Source: Felis catus
Lineage: Eukaryota
Direction of reading: 5' to 3'
Length of the DNA: 64,000 nucleotides
Assembly: GCF_018350175.1 (NCBI RefSeq)
Contig: NC_058368.1
Location: forward strand, 129,582,001-129,646,000
Shown: positions 11,351-24,873 of the stretch, piece after piece
Numbering within the stretch: position 1 is the stretch's first letter
How the letters are laid out: each line of letters opens with the position of its first letter
The notes under the pieces: generated by a model
Seen by the model: the letters and a program-made list of their open reading frames with translations, nothing else
Databases searched by the model: none
What the model was told of the DNA's origin: nothing
Made by a program: the position numbers and the translations under genes

Positions 11351-12794
11351 GGCAGTATGTCTAAGATTTCTTTCAGGTGATGACTGGGAGAAATGGTGAT
11401 CTACAGACCATACTTTTGGGAGTACTTCTTGGTTTGTATTTTAGACGATTTTTTGTTGTTGAATTTAAAAGGGGTATCTCTAATGATAGAACTATCTCTG
11501 TGTAATACTAATGATAGACAAGTTCATTTTTATCATGTGGAACACCCCCACCCCAACAAAAAAAAGAAAAGAGAAGAATTGTGAAGGTAGCAAAAGTTTA
11601 CTGACAAAATTATTGTGCCACTGTGGGTACTCAGTAAACCTGAATAAGGACTTTGCTATATGTAGAAACGCACTGCTCAGAGAGTATTGGTGTCCACATC
11701 TTGAAAGCAAACTCTCTCTGGCCTAGTAGAAGATCACTTAGAGCCTTGTGTTTTTCTTTGAATGTGTTGCTACACTTATACTCATCACAGGGATTACCCT
11801 AAAGTGATGGGGTCACTTAGCTGAAAAGCCAACCTTACTCTAGTGAATTCTAACATTTGAAGAGATTAGCATGACCTTAAGGGATTGCAACGCTGTCTGT
11901 CTTTCATTTAAGACTTCTGTGTCTCAGAATAATTTGGCTTGCAAATACAAGTTTGCTTGACAAAGGTAGGCTGAAAAGGTTTGTGCATTTGTTAAAGCAT
12001 AGATCCAAAGACTCATCTCTAAAAAGGGGGAAAAAGAATACTTCATCATCATCATCGTCATCATCTCTCTTTCTCCCTCTGTCTCTCTCTCTCTCATAAC
12101 TTTAAGTAACCCCATAGCAACGATATATGTATGAAAGTAACTAGTCTTCATTTTTCTCTGACTCCAAGCTTAGTAGTCTTGGTAATTGTGAGTTGTTTTC
12201 AGAACATTACTTCTTCATTTGGCTTTCCTGGCATCAGACTGCATGACATGGATGCATAAATATATTAATCTATCTGTGTCATTTTTAAAGTTTTCTTTTC
12301 TTCCTGAATGTTAACTCCCTAATTTTTTCCAACTCCTTGCTCATAATAAATTCCAGAGCATTGCAATATATTACGTCTTCCACACAACTTAGAATTCACT
12401 GTTTCGCATCTGTCATTTGAAGATAATCAGGATTCTTTCACTACAAAATGACTAAACATTGTGTCTTGAAAGAAGCAAATGATGGATTTCATCTTAGAAT
12501 ACAGAGAGAAAAATAGTGAAAACATGGCATCTAAGACCCAGTCAGGAAAGTAACATTAATGGAATCTCTGCATACAAGTAAGATTTCGTCCGTCCTACCT
12601 AATTTGCTCTAAATTGAGTAATATTCTTAAAACAACTGTTCGGCTGACCCATTACTTGGTCCCATTTCATCTTACCAAGCCAGTAGCAATAATGATGAGG
12701 AGGATAATAGCTGAAGTTTATTGAAGGCTCCCTGTGCATCAGACATGGGCTTTAGTGCCGTTCACACATACCTACAATGTCCACAGCTCCGCAT

Positions 12795-13400
12795 CTGTGC
12801 ACCTCCACTCTGGTCCAGGCCACCATCGTTCATAGCTTGGCCTTCCGGAGTAGCCTTCTGATTAGTTTCCTTGCTTTCATCCTTAGGTCTTTGCAATTTA
12901 TTCTCCACACAGCAGCTGGAATGATCTTTTACAAAATATTTTAGAGCACATCACTCCCCCGCTTAAAACACTTCCAAAAGGCTCCCACTGCACCTAAAAT
13001 CCGTTCCAAGCTCCTTACAGTGACTTTCAAAGCCAAGCCCGCTGACCTCTGGGATCCCGTCAGCCACACACACTGGCATTCTGCAGACACATGAAGCCCA
13101 TGCCTGCCTGGGGACTGTGGCAATTGCTACTCCCGCTTCTTTGATCTTCAGACCCTAAATGTCACTCCTCAGAGAAGAATTCTATGATGGCTCAGTCTAA
13201 ACTAGCTACCCAGTCCCTCTCTATCCTTCCATTTGAATTCTTTACATAGTGCTCATCACTGACTAATATCCTGTTTTCCTATTTGTTCATCATCTGACTC
13301 TTTCCCCTGGAATGTTTCCTTCTTGTCTATTCCGTTTACCAGTAGAACACCACCTGGGACATAGTGGGGTCTCCATAGTGAATAAATGAATGAATGAGCA
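12795..13400 (+). mobile_element. L2 3' fragment
   Basis: gtccaggccaccatc...ctccacacagcagc...cctgggacatagtgggg...gaatgaatga terminus. Confidence 0.75.
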
Positions 13401-15429
13401 ATGCTGTGAGCTAAGAACATTGTGCTAAGAAAGGAGAGGAACATTATATTAAGATATGAAAAAAACCAAGCCTTACAAAGGGTAGGCAAGTTGCTGAAGC
13501 ATCAGCTTCTATGTAGTAAAACAAGAATCCTGTTTCTAAATTTTGAGGAGGGAAGCTACTAGAAGGGGGGAGGTGGGGCAGGACAGGTAAGCAGACCATT
13601 GATCTCTATTATAAAATGAAGAAGAAAGGTGATTTGCCTCCACCAGACCTCTCTTCAGCAAGGAAAACATTACCAGGCACAGAGATGGCCCCTGCTCCAT
13701 GGAGGAAAATAAAATATTCCAACAGTGGCATCTTCACTGTTTTTTACTTGGTGACCATATCAAAAGGGATCCCTCTGAGCCCATTTTTAGAAGGGCTCTG
13801 GAGCAATTATTCTTAGCCTCTTGTGGGTCATAGAATCTGAGAATCTGATAAAAATTAAGCACCATTGCTCTAGGGGAAAAAGGAAAAACAGACATTTTAT
13901 ATACAGTCTCAGAAGATCTTAAACCTAAAGTACAGTTCTGATATAGAAGGAATCATTCAGTGTTTTTGTCAATAGCATTAAAGAGTTTTTTGGCCAACAC
14001 TTTCTGGGCAGGGCAGACAGACGTCCTGCCCTCCTTTGGAGAAGCGATTGAGTGATGATAGTACCCTAAAGCTAAGCCTTTTGTAACCTAAAAGAAGAGA
14101 GAGCCAGCTCTCAGCTTCTAACAATTTGGGCTCAGGCTTAAAGGCCCACCCCGCCCCTTACTGATGAGTCCTCCATTCTTCTATTCAGTAAATAATTGTG
14201 AGCACCTCCTATGAGATGGGCATCATACTAGGCTCAGAGCATCCAGGAGAGCAAGGTATGTCCCTTGCCTTCATGGAACCCAGAGACCCACAGGGAAGAC
14301 AGAGATGCTCTGGAGACCCTTGGAAACACCTCTCCTATTCCCACTGCAGTAGGTGATAAATGAGTAGCATTTAATCAGCAGTGGAGTAAGAGAAATCCAA
14401 ATCATCAGACTTGGTCTGGCCAAAGGATTTCTGCCTGAGGTCCATAAAACACACTTTCAAACATACTTTTTATGATTTACTTGAATTCTACGGACCATCT
14501 GGAACCCGTACCGCTGTCAGACTCTGAGGCCAACTTCGGAAGGAATAGGAATAAGGCTTGATGAAACTGCCTGGAACATTTTGATCTTACCTATTTTTGA
14601 GCTGCAGAAGTTACATGTTTCTAAAAGCTGAGAGGTACCTGGGGCTTGGGGGAGAGTAGAATCCTTCTTTTAGCTAAAAGCACTTTTATACTAAGTAGAG
14701 TATAAATGTATAAACAGTTTGTACTGTTCAGCCACACTCTCACTATTTAGCTTTGATAAATGTGCAAAGGGGAACACTAAGGGATTAAATGCTGTAAAGA
14801 CACATAGGAAAGGTCCCGAAACCAAGGTTGGGGAGAGCAGAAAAGCCCCCCCGCCAAAGACAAACGGGAGTTAGCCCTATTTTTGCAGGACTTGGTAGTG
14901 ATACAGATTATATCCAGGCAAACAAATTCAAACTCAGAATCCTGCAGTCCACCTCTGCCTTGGTGGACCAGTCTTCCATCTGAACAATAACACCCACTGA
15001 GTTTCTAAATTTCCAAAAAAGTAATCTAGTATTTCATAGATACTTCTTTTATCTTTCCTTAATCTGCAGCATAAACAAATATTTTCTCTAAATTCTCATT
15101 GGGATATAACCTCAAAATGTCTTCCTATTATAATACTGAAGATGAAAAAGAAATGCTTCTCATGCTAAAAGATAAAAAAAAAAAAAAAGTGCCTTGAAGG
15201 TGGTTGAGTTTCCTTGGCTGTTTAATGGGTTATGAATTCAGGGTGTTTATGCTGAAGAGCTTAATGCTTAGTCATTAAGAGGATATATCAATTCCTGTGT
15301 TTACATTGGCCCAATCACCATTTTAAAACACTGCTCTAGTGGAGTTTGCAACATAAATTGCTACAAGTTCAAGCCAGTTCTAATCCTCAAGTAACCCAGG
15401 AGCAGGCTGTGAGGAAGTCAGCTCATGTA

Positions 15430-15600
15430 TTCTCTGTCTGTAATAGTAGTTGCTACCAGTGGCTATATATTTCATTTCATCCTCACACTAACCCCAGGCA
15501 GGGGGAATCTTTTTCCCTGTGGTGCAGATAAGGAAGCTGAAACTCCAAGGCATGAAGTAACTTATCCAAGGTCACATGGCTGAACGGTGACAGAATCTGA
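15430..15600 (-). mobile_element. MIR
   Basis: gcagataaggaagctga...ccaaggtcacatggct. Confidence 0.55.
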
Positions 15601-16129
15601 CATCTGTGCTCTTACGGTTCATTCTACGAGTTCCTGTAATGTGTTCTCATCACATGTTTACGTTGGTGTGAGTGTGCCTTAGGAATCAGCAAAAGAAAGT
15701 TTCTGAACCCTGAGTCCTACTAGCTGTTCCTTTTACTGGAATTAACTTATATAAGAAAGGAGAAGAAATATTGCAATTTCAAAAGTAATTTATGGAACCA
15801 GACTTCATTGATCCTCGTGGTTTCTTGTGGGTCTCTGTAAGTCCATGAAATATTCTGAAAGAAAATAATTCTGTTCCTTTTGAGAAATAAGACTGTATTG
15901 AAAAGGTTCACTAGTTAAAACTTCTGGGATCCAGGTTCGAGAAAGAAACCAACTCCTCTGGAACCTAGGGGTGGACAATTCAGAAGAAATGTTGACCTTG
16001 GACCACTCTGACAGAACCTACTTCCCCCATAGGCTCTCACCATCCCCACTAGCCCATTCTCCCCCCATCCTCCTCGTCCGTAGCTCCCGTTAGGCTGCTC
16101 GGAGCATTTGGTGGAGGTGCTCTGTAACC

Positions 16130-16480
16130 TTAGCCATGGTTTTCTTTCCAAATCTCTTCCATCCTAAAAGAATCCAGCTCACGAATTACCTCTCCAATAA
16201 AGCGCTCCTTATGGCTCAGCCAGGGATGATTGCTCCCTCATCTGAATTCCCGAGGTACTTACTATTTTCCCCACCTGAACCTTTGAGATACTTATTGTTT
16301 GTAACGATCGGTTAGGATCTTTACTTACTGTATCGTGTGTAAGTTGCATCCCTTGTCTTCCATAAAACTATACGGGCTCTGAAGGCAGGATCCAGGCATT
16401 TACTCATTGGTATCCACAGCTTGTTTCCTGATGCAGTGCTGGTCATGTTACAATTTTTCAGTAAGGACTCCTTGATCTAA
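16130..16480 (+). mobile_element. L2 3' fragment
   Basis: ggctctgaaggcagga...tttactcattggtatccacag pattern. Confidence 0.45.
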
Positions 16481-16987
16481 CTGAACGTTTATCTGCCTTA
16501 ACTCCTTCCTCAGATCCTAATAAGTTTTTGAGGCTAAGTCTAGGTCTCCTTTATGTTTGGTAATGCCTTGCACTAGAGAAATTCAGTGGGTATCGAAAAA
16601 TATTAGATCATGAATTTGCAGTGGGAGTTCAACCTGTAATCATGCTTCTTACTCTAAGGATTTCCAATGTAGGTAAAAAATTATTTCCATTTTGTAACAA
16701 TGGCAATAACAATTTATATACACACTGCAAAAAGAATGGTAAGAATTATACCTAACTAAGAATTAATAGTTCCCTTTGATGGTAGGATTATGAGGAATTA
16801 TTTTGTTTGTTTGTTTGTTTGTTTTCTATATTTTTGAGTGAAGTGTACTCTTAAATTTTTTATAATGAATAGACATACTTAAGTAATTAGAATAAATTAT
16901 GTTAAAAAGTTGAAAAATTTGAGTCAGCTGTTTAACATCAAAAACTTTAAAAGATTCCATTCCCCTCCAGATGTCATTGTCTTGTAC

Positions 16988-17135
16988 TTGGAGAAGTTCA
17001 ACTTCACAGGGCTCTTTATTTTGTTCAACTAATGACACACAATTTTCTCTTGAGTACTTTACACATCCCTTTATTGTCCTTTCTCCTTGGTGACTGGTGC
17101 CCAGCACCTCTTGAATTCCTTCAAATTTTCCTGTG
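16988..17135 (-). pseudogene. Candidate exon (3' boundary uncertain)
   Basis: Acceptor actttcctttttccag|C; phase-2 frame open (TGKFEGIQEVLGTSHQGERTIKGCVKYSRENCVSLVEQNKEPCEVELLQ); donor weak. Confidence 0.45.
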
Positions 17136-19208
17136 CTGGAAAAAGGAAAGTCAAGTGAATCAAATGTGTCACTTTCAAATTGGACAATTTTGCAAATAGA
17201 TTACTGATGCGGAGCTGAGTATATCAAACATATCAAATGACACTTTTGGCCAAGGCTACAGGCTTTCCAAGTAGATGAATGTGGCACCTAAAGTTGACAC
17301 TAAAATGAGTGGGATAATTTTAAAAGCAAAACAAAGATTAAAATAAGAGAAGTGGGCATCCAGAAAATATCCAGAACACATAAGTTTGCCTTGTCTATTA
17401 TTGTCATTGGCGACTTTGCTGTCGTTGTTATTGTTGTGGTTACTATTTATCATTAACGATGATGAATAACATAATTTAGCTTTTCTTGCCAAGTGCTCTT
17501 CTATCTGTTTTGCTAAGTGTAATTTCTATTATCAGAGGAGAAAAGTCAGGGCTAATGTATGTCAGCACTGACTGTGAAGTACTCTTCTCATGTTCACTGT
17601 ATTTGTCACTTCAGTGTCCCGCTTTACCAACTAAGTCACCAAATAAGGTGAGATTTCTTTTCATGTCTTAACCATGAACCTGACTCCAGAACGCCACAGG
17701 GAAAGGAAGGCAGAACTTTCTATAGGTTGTCCCCCAGACCAAGTTACCACTGGGACTCTTTAGAGCATGCATCCTTGTTTTATAAATCTATGCTAATAGT
17801 TATTGGTGCCTTTTCCCACTCTGCGATGCAAACTCTACATCACCAGAGCTTTCATGTCTCCTGTGTCATCACAGAATGTACCACCCCAGACTGCACACTC
17901 AGCACAGGTGTGATCCAAGTGTGGGCATGGTTCTCTCCAACTGCCTTACAGGCACAGCTAAGTCAGTGGTGTTGGACAAAGATAGAGCAAAAGTTCAGCA
18001 CGTATAGAAGTGATATATTCACGTATAGAATGATCTATTCTTCCATTGTTGTTGCCACTCCTAGAGCTCACAAGCCCTACCTGCCTGTCAGAGTAGCTGC
18101 CTGTTCCCAGATGACTTCAGGGTAATAGTGAGATGGACTCATACTGTACTCTACTCTCTGCCCCCTTTGTTGGGGTCTCTAGGCCACTTTACCCCATAGT
18201 CATAGGCTCCTAATCCTGACTCGAAGAGTGAAAATGGTCCTTTCCTACCCCAAATTAAAGGCCCATTCTTCTTTCACAAGCATGACTGAGGGTGGAAACA
18301 GCCAGGTCTTTAGGGGAATCATTCACACCCACTCACAGGTTGAAATCCAACCTCTGTGGTTCGGATCAGGCTATCACAATACAGACTGCACATTTCCCAA
18401 AGTCTGCATTATTCACTCCTAATTAACCCTGTAACAGTCACAATGCTGCATAGTCCCCTGGTTCTACTTCATTTTCCTCTTGCTGAGCAAGCAAGATGAT
18501 AATACTTCCTAGGTTCCCTTGTAGTTAGGCTAGAACTATAGCTCTAGTCCGGCCAGTGGGCTCTCTGTGTGCTCTTCTCGGCTGAGATAGTGCCTCTCTT
18601 TTCCTCTGCCACAGTGGCTGTACAAATTGATTTTCCAGATACAAATGGCCCGGATGCTTGAGTCACTTCCTATAAGGGAGCCACCCAAGAGGACTAAAGT
18701 TACCTTGAAGAGGTGGCTAAAAATTTACCAAGTCCTACTCTTTCATAGTCAGCATGCTGGGCTCAAAGACATATGGTGAGTAGACAGGTTTTCTGCTCCC
18801 ATGACCTCAGGAATTATTTCATGCAGAAAAGTTTGGAATTCATCTTAAGAACAAGCATAGAGCTTAAAGGATTTTAAGGAAGCATGTACCTTGATCCAAT
18901 ATTCTTCTTAGAATGGTCTCTGTAAAAGACACATGAGAAAAATATTTGAAGGGAAAGACTAGAGGCAGTAATCCAGGGAAGGGACGGTGATGACCTAAAT
19001 TAGTTTGGGGGCAGTGAAAGTAAGTGGAGATTGGAGATGCCCTGGGCACAGAGAGAAATGGATGGATGTGATAGGTACGATCTGCATGCATATGAAAATT
19101 TTAATTCCTATTAAAGTTTTTTCACAAGACTGCTTTATATACATTTTTACTTTTTTTTTTTCTTTACAATTGACAAATAAGGTTTCAAAATAACCAAAAA
19201 AGCACTGC

Positions 19209-19403
19209 CTTAGCTCCGAATCAGTGCCACATTGCTCTCAGCAACAGGAGGCCTCGAGTGCGGACTGCTCTCTATGTCCAGAATCATCTGCTAGACACTT
19301 CCTTCTTCGCAGCATAGGGATACCCCTGCCCCCGATACAGAAGAGCTTCAAAAGTCAGAATGGTGGCAAGAACTGCATGCAGAGCTATCCAGAATTGTGT
19401 GAT
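19209..19403 (-). pseudogene. Possible decayed exon (195 nt)
   Basis: Acceptor ttttttgtttttcttacttcaag|A, only a GC-type donor (AAG|gcagtg); 3 stops in the phase-2 frame. Confidence 0.25.
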
Positions 19404-20603
19404 CTTGAAGTAAGAAAAACAAAAAACTATCTCCAATCCTTAGACTTCTGTCCCCTGGAAACATGCAATGCATTTCATAGATTTCCCTACCAATGAAGAT
19501 AGGAGAACTTTGGGGATAAAGAGTTTCCCTCCTATGCCAGTCCCACGTTTCGTTTTCATTTTTATACTGAAGTTTGAAAGTTGTCACCAGTATGATTTGA
19601 TAAACTGGAATGATGCATGTTAACTCCCCATTGGAGGTAAAGGAAGATTTGAAATAATAAATAATATAAGCAGCGCTGGTACTATTGGATGGGGAAGAGA
19701 AAGCCATTTTGAGATAGTATGGTGACCCTTGTTAAATAAACCATGAAAATGTCAAATGTTTCTTAGCACCAGAAAGCCAGGGGTTATGATTTTAAAGTGA
19801 AAAAGGTCAAAGTCATGCTAACAAGAAAAATATGCTTTCTTCATATAAGGCTAAACAGCAAGAACATCAAAAACATCAATGCTACACTTGGCAAGTTGGG
19901 CTGGATTCTTAGGAAAACTAGTGAGCAAGCTGTTGCTCATGGGGAAAATAAATTGGGAACACAGTACCCTCAATTCATGGGGCAGGGGCCAACATCCCAC
20001 CTCTGGGCAGCTGACAATGACCAAATAAGGAAGAAATTATCCATCCAACCAAAGCCTGAGGCTCTCAGCTGCGTGAGATATAAAAGATGTTGAGCAGACG
20101 GGACTGAACATTCTCCTCCCCTACGGAAGAGGAGTGAAAATGACTCCAGAAAGGGGCTAGAGACACTGGATCAGGAAATTCCAAAGAGAGGGCTGTGTAC
20201 AAAGGAAGAGAGAGTTGGGGGAAAAGAGCACAGAGGCATAAATCTGTCAGTCCTTCCATCGCATGGGACCAAAGGACAGATGAAGTTACCACCTCTCCTC
20301 CTCCCACACTATGCTGGGTTTTTGAGACCTACGTGGCCCTTCCACAAAGGCCTCCATCATAGTGTGAGTTATGTTGGTCTGGAGGGCACTCCGACTAAAT
20401 CCACACCCTCTTTCTCTTCATGCTTCAGCCAAAAGCCATGTCTGTCTCTGAGCTCAAAGAGGCAGCTGGTGCAGTCCATCCCATGTAGACTAATCGCTGA
20501 CTGAGGTACCTAAAGCCAGAATTGAGGCCCCTCCTCAAATTTGTCCACAGAAGAGTGTGAATTATTTTATTTTCCAATACAAAGGTAATTAATGCTGACC
20601 TTT

Positions 20604-20868
20604 TTTGTGTGTGTATTTTCTTTTTTTTATTATGAAATTTATTGTCAAATTGGTTTCCATACAACACCCAGTGCTCATCCCAACAGGTGCCCTCCTCAGT
20701 ACCCATCACCCACCCACCGCTCCCTCCCACCCCCCATCAACCCTCAGTTTGTTCTCAGTTTTTAGGAGTCTGTTATGTTTTGGCTCCCTCCCTCTCTAAC
20801 CATTTTTTCTTCCCCTCCCCCATGGTCTTCTGTTAAGTTTCTCAGGATCCACATAAGAGTGAAAACAC
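20604..20868 (-). mobile_element. Short felid L1 3' end
   Basis: atgaaatttattgtcaaattggtttccatacaacacccagtgctcatcccaaca; TSD aatg(c/g)tgaccttt at 20591-20603 and 20869-20881. Confidence 0.88.
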
Positions 20869-21030
20869 AATGGTGACCTTTAAAGTTGTTTTTTTTTAAT
20901 TTCATACAAAACTAAATACCTCTCAAGTAGCTGACAAGTGGCAATAGAGAGCAGAAGGAAAAAAAACAAACACAAAAAACTCACAGGAATACCAGAGTGC
21001 ACATTTGGTGGTGCTGTCACTGACCCTTCT

Positions 21031-21240
21031 CTCTCTTTTTTTTTTTTTTAATATTTATTTATTGAGAGACATAGCACAAGTTGGGGAGAGGTAGATAGAG
21101 AAGGAGACACAGAATCCAAAGTAGGCTCCAGGCTCCGAGCTGTCAGCACAGAGCCCGACATGGGGCTCGAACTCACAAACTGTGAGATTGTGACCTGAGC
21201 CAAAGTCAGAGGCTTAACTGACTGAGCCACCCAGGCACCA
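21031..21240 (-). mobile_element. CAN SINE
   Basis: TSD ctgtcactgacccttct at 21014-21030 and 21241-21257. Confidence 0.9.
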
Positions 21241-22286
21241 CTGTCACTGACCCTTCTTTAGAGCAATGTGGTCTCCTATGAAGGCAGAATACTCTCGAAG
21301 CCTGGCAAATGCTGAGGAAGAGCCCTTCAGATAAAAAAAAGAGAAAGCAAAATTCACACCAAGTCCTCACGCTGCTCCCCTTGCATAGAAAACGATACAA
21401 AGACGAAAACAGAGAAGGCGCATGGCACAGCCTAGTAACCTGCAGCCCTGCTAAATAGAAAATGCAGACACTCACCACAGGGCAACTCCATAAAGCCACC
21501 CTGGATGCCATTCTGCTAATTGTGTTTGCTATGACACCAAGCACCGCTTAGCCGGGCTCCCAGAGTGTCTCCGTAATGTCAATCACTTGCCAGGAGCGAA
21601 AGTGATTTTTATTTGATATCCATACAAAGCAGAAGCAAATGAATTACCATAATGAGAAGCAACATAATGATGTGGAGATGTACAAACTGCCATTGTGTTT
21701 AATAACAACAAAGCTTTCCCTTTTGAATTAAATTTGCAGGAAGATTCTTATTGAAGCATCATTGTACTGAAACCAAGTTGTTAAAAAAAAAAAAAAATAC
21801 TCCAAAGTATTTCAGGCCTATGATTACTGGAAAGGTTGTTAGGAGAAGTTTTTTTTTTCAATTTTTATTCTCAGTAAAATCGACTTAGTTGTAGCACTAC
21901 ACAGCTGCGATTTGTGAAGTAAATGGCAAAGCTAAATGTGCCGAAACCCAACATGCTCCCCGAGCAACAAAGGGATAGAAGGCAAATGTTACAGTATTAT
22001 TGACAGTGCTGGTAATGCGCGTATAAGCATCTGCTTCATAAAGGGGAAAAACCTACATTATAAACAAAAGGAGTTTCCAAACAGGGCCTGCCAGCTCAAA
22101 TTCTGGCTCTGATTTGAATTTTCACTTGTTAGAACACATATTTCCTCTTTTTTACCTTATCCTTCCAAAGGGAAAAAACAAACAAACAAAAAAATCTCTG
22201 ATTTGCGTTCTGGAAATCTCCCTATAACGGACTCCTTTGTTTTCTTTCTTTCTCCAAAATTATTTCCTATATTTTTTGGTACTTAC

Positions 22287-22521
22287 CTGTTGACCACCTC
22301 TTGATTTTCAACAGTGGATGCAAGTACCATTGGATAACATAGCACTAATTGAAACCTATCTTCATGATCATTATGAGGGTATCGTCCTCCTCTTAGACTG
22401 AGTCCAATGTGTGATTGGCATGGGTCCTTCCCTTCCCTTGCCCCACGGCATTACCACTGATATGCATTTCCAATAGAACTTCTAGTTTTATTAATGTGCA
22501 CAACCGGAGCCAAAACATGGC
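22287..22521 (-). pseudogene. Candidate decayed exon (~235 nt; 5' boundary uncertain)
   Basis: Consensus donor AACAG|gtaagt; frame HVLAPVVHINK...YQW*CRG...DRFQLVLCYPMVLASTVENQEVVN has one stop and ends in phase 2; acceptor weak. Confidence 0.45.
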
Positions 22522-22569
22522 CTGCATTTGATTGAGCGAAGCTTAGCCAAATCTGAAGTGCAATATTAT

Positions 22570-22750
22570 GGGACCAGAAATCGGGAGCCTCCGGCCGTGG
22601 GTCCATCTCATCATTAAATGTGATGGAGGCACATTTGTGTCTGCCTCAGTTTTCCTAGCTGTAAAATAGGCATAATACTGCATCTGTTCCACCCACCTCA
22701 CAGGAGTGTCTTAAGAATCAAATCCTATTCAAGTATTCTGTAAGTTGTTA
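22570..22750 (+). mobile_element. MIR
   Basis: gcctcagttttcctagctgtaaaatagg core. Confidence 0.6.
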
Positions 22751-22914
22751 TTGCTCCGCTCATGAGACATACCGCAAGTCTTTTAGTAAGCCTAAAACTC
22801 ATCTAGAAAATCATATGACTTATAAAGATCTATATTTTGGCTTTTGTCATTTTATCGCCCCGCAAGTATTTATCAAGTTACTATTTGATGCAGGACACAA
22901 TCCTTAGTACTATG

Positions 22915-23020
22915 GAAATATACATATATACATACATATATATGTATATAATAATTATGTGTAATTATTAAATAATTATATTATATATTATTATATAATT
23001 TTAAAAATATAATTTATAAT
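22915..23020. repeat. AT-rich low-complexity / (TA)n tract
   Basis: Direct reading. Confidence 0.8.
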
Positions 23021-23089
23021 GATTCCCGCTCTGAAGGAGCTTATAAACAAAGTAAGAGAAAGGGACTACCATATAAAAAGACAGGTAGA

Positions 23090-23310
23090 GGGGCACCTGT
23101 GTGGCTCAGTCAGTTAAGGGTCCTACTTTGTCCCAGATCATGATCTCAAGGTTCACGAGTTGGAGCCCCACATAGGGCTCTGAGCTGACAGCTCAGAGCC
23201 TGGAGCCTGCTTTGGATTCTGTGCTCCCTCTCTCTGCCCCTCCCCTGCTCGTGCTCTCTCTCTCTCTCTCAGAATAAATAAACATTAAAAAAAAAAGAAA
23301 GAAAGAAAAA
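23090..23310 (+). mobile_element. CAN SINE
   Basis: Head, CT tract, A tail. Confidence 0.9.
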
Positions 23311-23317
23311 GGTAGAG

Positions 23318-23520
23318 TCGCACCTGGTGGGTCCAATTCAGCTAAGGGTCCAATTTCAGCTTAGATCATGATCTCATGGTTCTTGAGTTTGAGCCCGACA
23401 TCAGGCTCTGCCATTAGCACAGAGCCCGCTTCTGAAACTCTGTCCCCATCTCTCTCTGCCCTCCCCTGCCACTCTCTCTCCCCCCTCTCTCTCAAAAATG
23501 AATAAACAAACAAACAAACA
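23318..23520 (+). mobile_element. CAN SINE (more diverged)
   Basis: Head, CT tract, (AAAC)n tail. Confidence 0.85.
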
Positions 23521-23601
23521 AAAAAGACAGGTAGAAATAGAGTCCATGCGTTAGTACCAATGGGAGACAGTAGAACACAGTGATTGAAGATACAGGCTTT
23601 A

Positions 23602-23705
23602 GGGGTGCCTAGCCAGCTCAGTTGGTAGAGCATGCAACTCTTAATCTCAGGGTTGTAAATTCAAACCCCAATTTGGGGGTACATATTACTTAAAAAACAC
23701 AAAAT
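23602..23705 (+). mobile_element. Short tRNA-derived CAN SINE inside a MIR
   Basis: gctcagttggtagagcatgcaactcttaatctcagggttgtaaattcaaacccc plus A tail. Confidence 0.75.
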
Positions 23706-23709
23706 CTTT

Positions 23710-23930
23710 GAAAGTGCAGACTTCGGCATCATACCTTCTCGATCTGACTCCTGGCTCCGTCATTAACTAGCCACGTGACCTCAGGCAATGTACATAACTG
23801 TCTGTGCTCAGTTTCCTCATCTCTAAAATGGGGATAATTATAGTACCAACCTTATAAGTTTGTGGTGAGGAGTAAATATGTTAATAAATCAATAACTCTT
23901 AGAAGAGTGTCTGGCACACGTAACATTCCT
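23710..23930 (+). mobile_element. MIR
   Basis: ctcagtttcctcatctctaaaatggggataat core. Confidence 0.8.
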
Positions 23931-24873
23931 AAACATAAAGACATCTTATGGTACAATCACCGAGATGGGGAGACAGCAAAGGCTGTGGCCAAGAGTGGCT
24001 CAAGGGTTCCTGATCTAGGAGTTGGTGGTTAGAAGGCTCTTTGGAGGAGCAGGGAAAGGGTTGAGGGACTGGACGGGAGAAGCACTCCAAGCAGATCAAA
24101 GGGTCTGCATGAAGGTTCAGAGCCAAGTTTATGTGAAGCACGTGAGGGACAGAATGAAGGGAAGGATCAGGGTTTCCAAGTAGTAACATCGTGGGGAAAT
24201 GGGGCTGTACGAGGTACTCTGGATGAGATAGGAGCTGGTCTGTGCCCACATCGCCATGGCCAAAAGCCAGAGTGTGAAAAGGGGCCATATTTCAAAGCTG
24301 CCAGCAGGCTTTGCCTTTCTCTACAGACTGTGGTTTGAATTTACCTGTGAAAGTGTAGTTCTCCTATGTTTTGAAGGGAAAACGGTGCACTTTAATGGGC
24401 TTTTTGATCCTGAATAGATAAACCTAAATATACTATTTCTACAACTACAGAGTTCCTCACAGTGAGATCCTAAACTGCTTTGCAAAATAACATTGAGGCC
24501 ATCGTATCAGGCTTGCATGAAATTCATAGAACTCTACCTGTAGGCACCTAGACAGGGAAGGAGGGAGAAAGGGACACAGGGAGAGAGTGAGAAACTAGTT
24601 CGGAAGTGTGGACGCTTCTGCCTCGGGAGTGGGTAGGAGCGGAGACTACATGATTCCCAGCCCCTGTGCCATAAGCGGCATGAGCTACTCACTGCAGGAA
24701 GCGGAAGGGCGAAGTTAAAATCAACCTTAAACCCAGAACAGCTACTTCATGTGGTGTTCTGCTGAGGGGATGGTGACCTGTTCCAGACTAGAAGGGCCAG
24801 CCAGGTTCTGCCAGGCTTCCTGAGAAAGGTGCTGCTGTTTGCAATGTGGCTCTCTGCCAAGTAATTTTCAATG

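Noticed and set aside
23602..23690. tRNA-Lys-like sequence
   Set aside because: Degenerate stems and an A tail; short CAN SINE rather than a tRNA gene.
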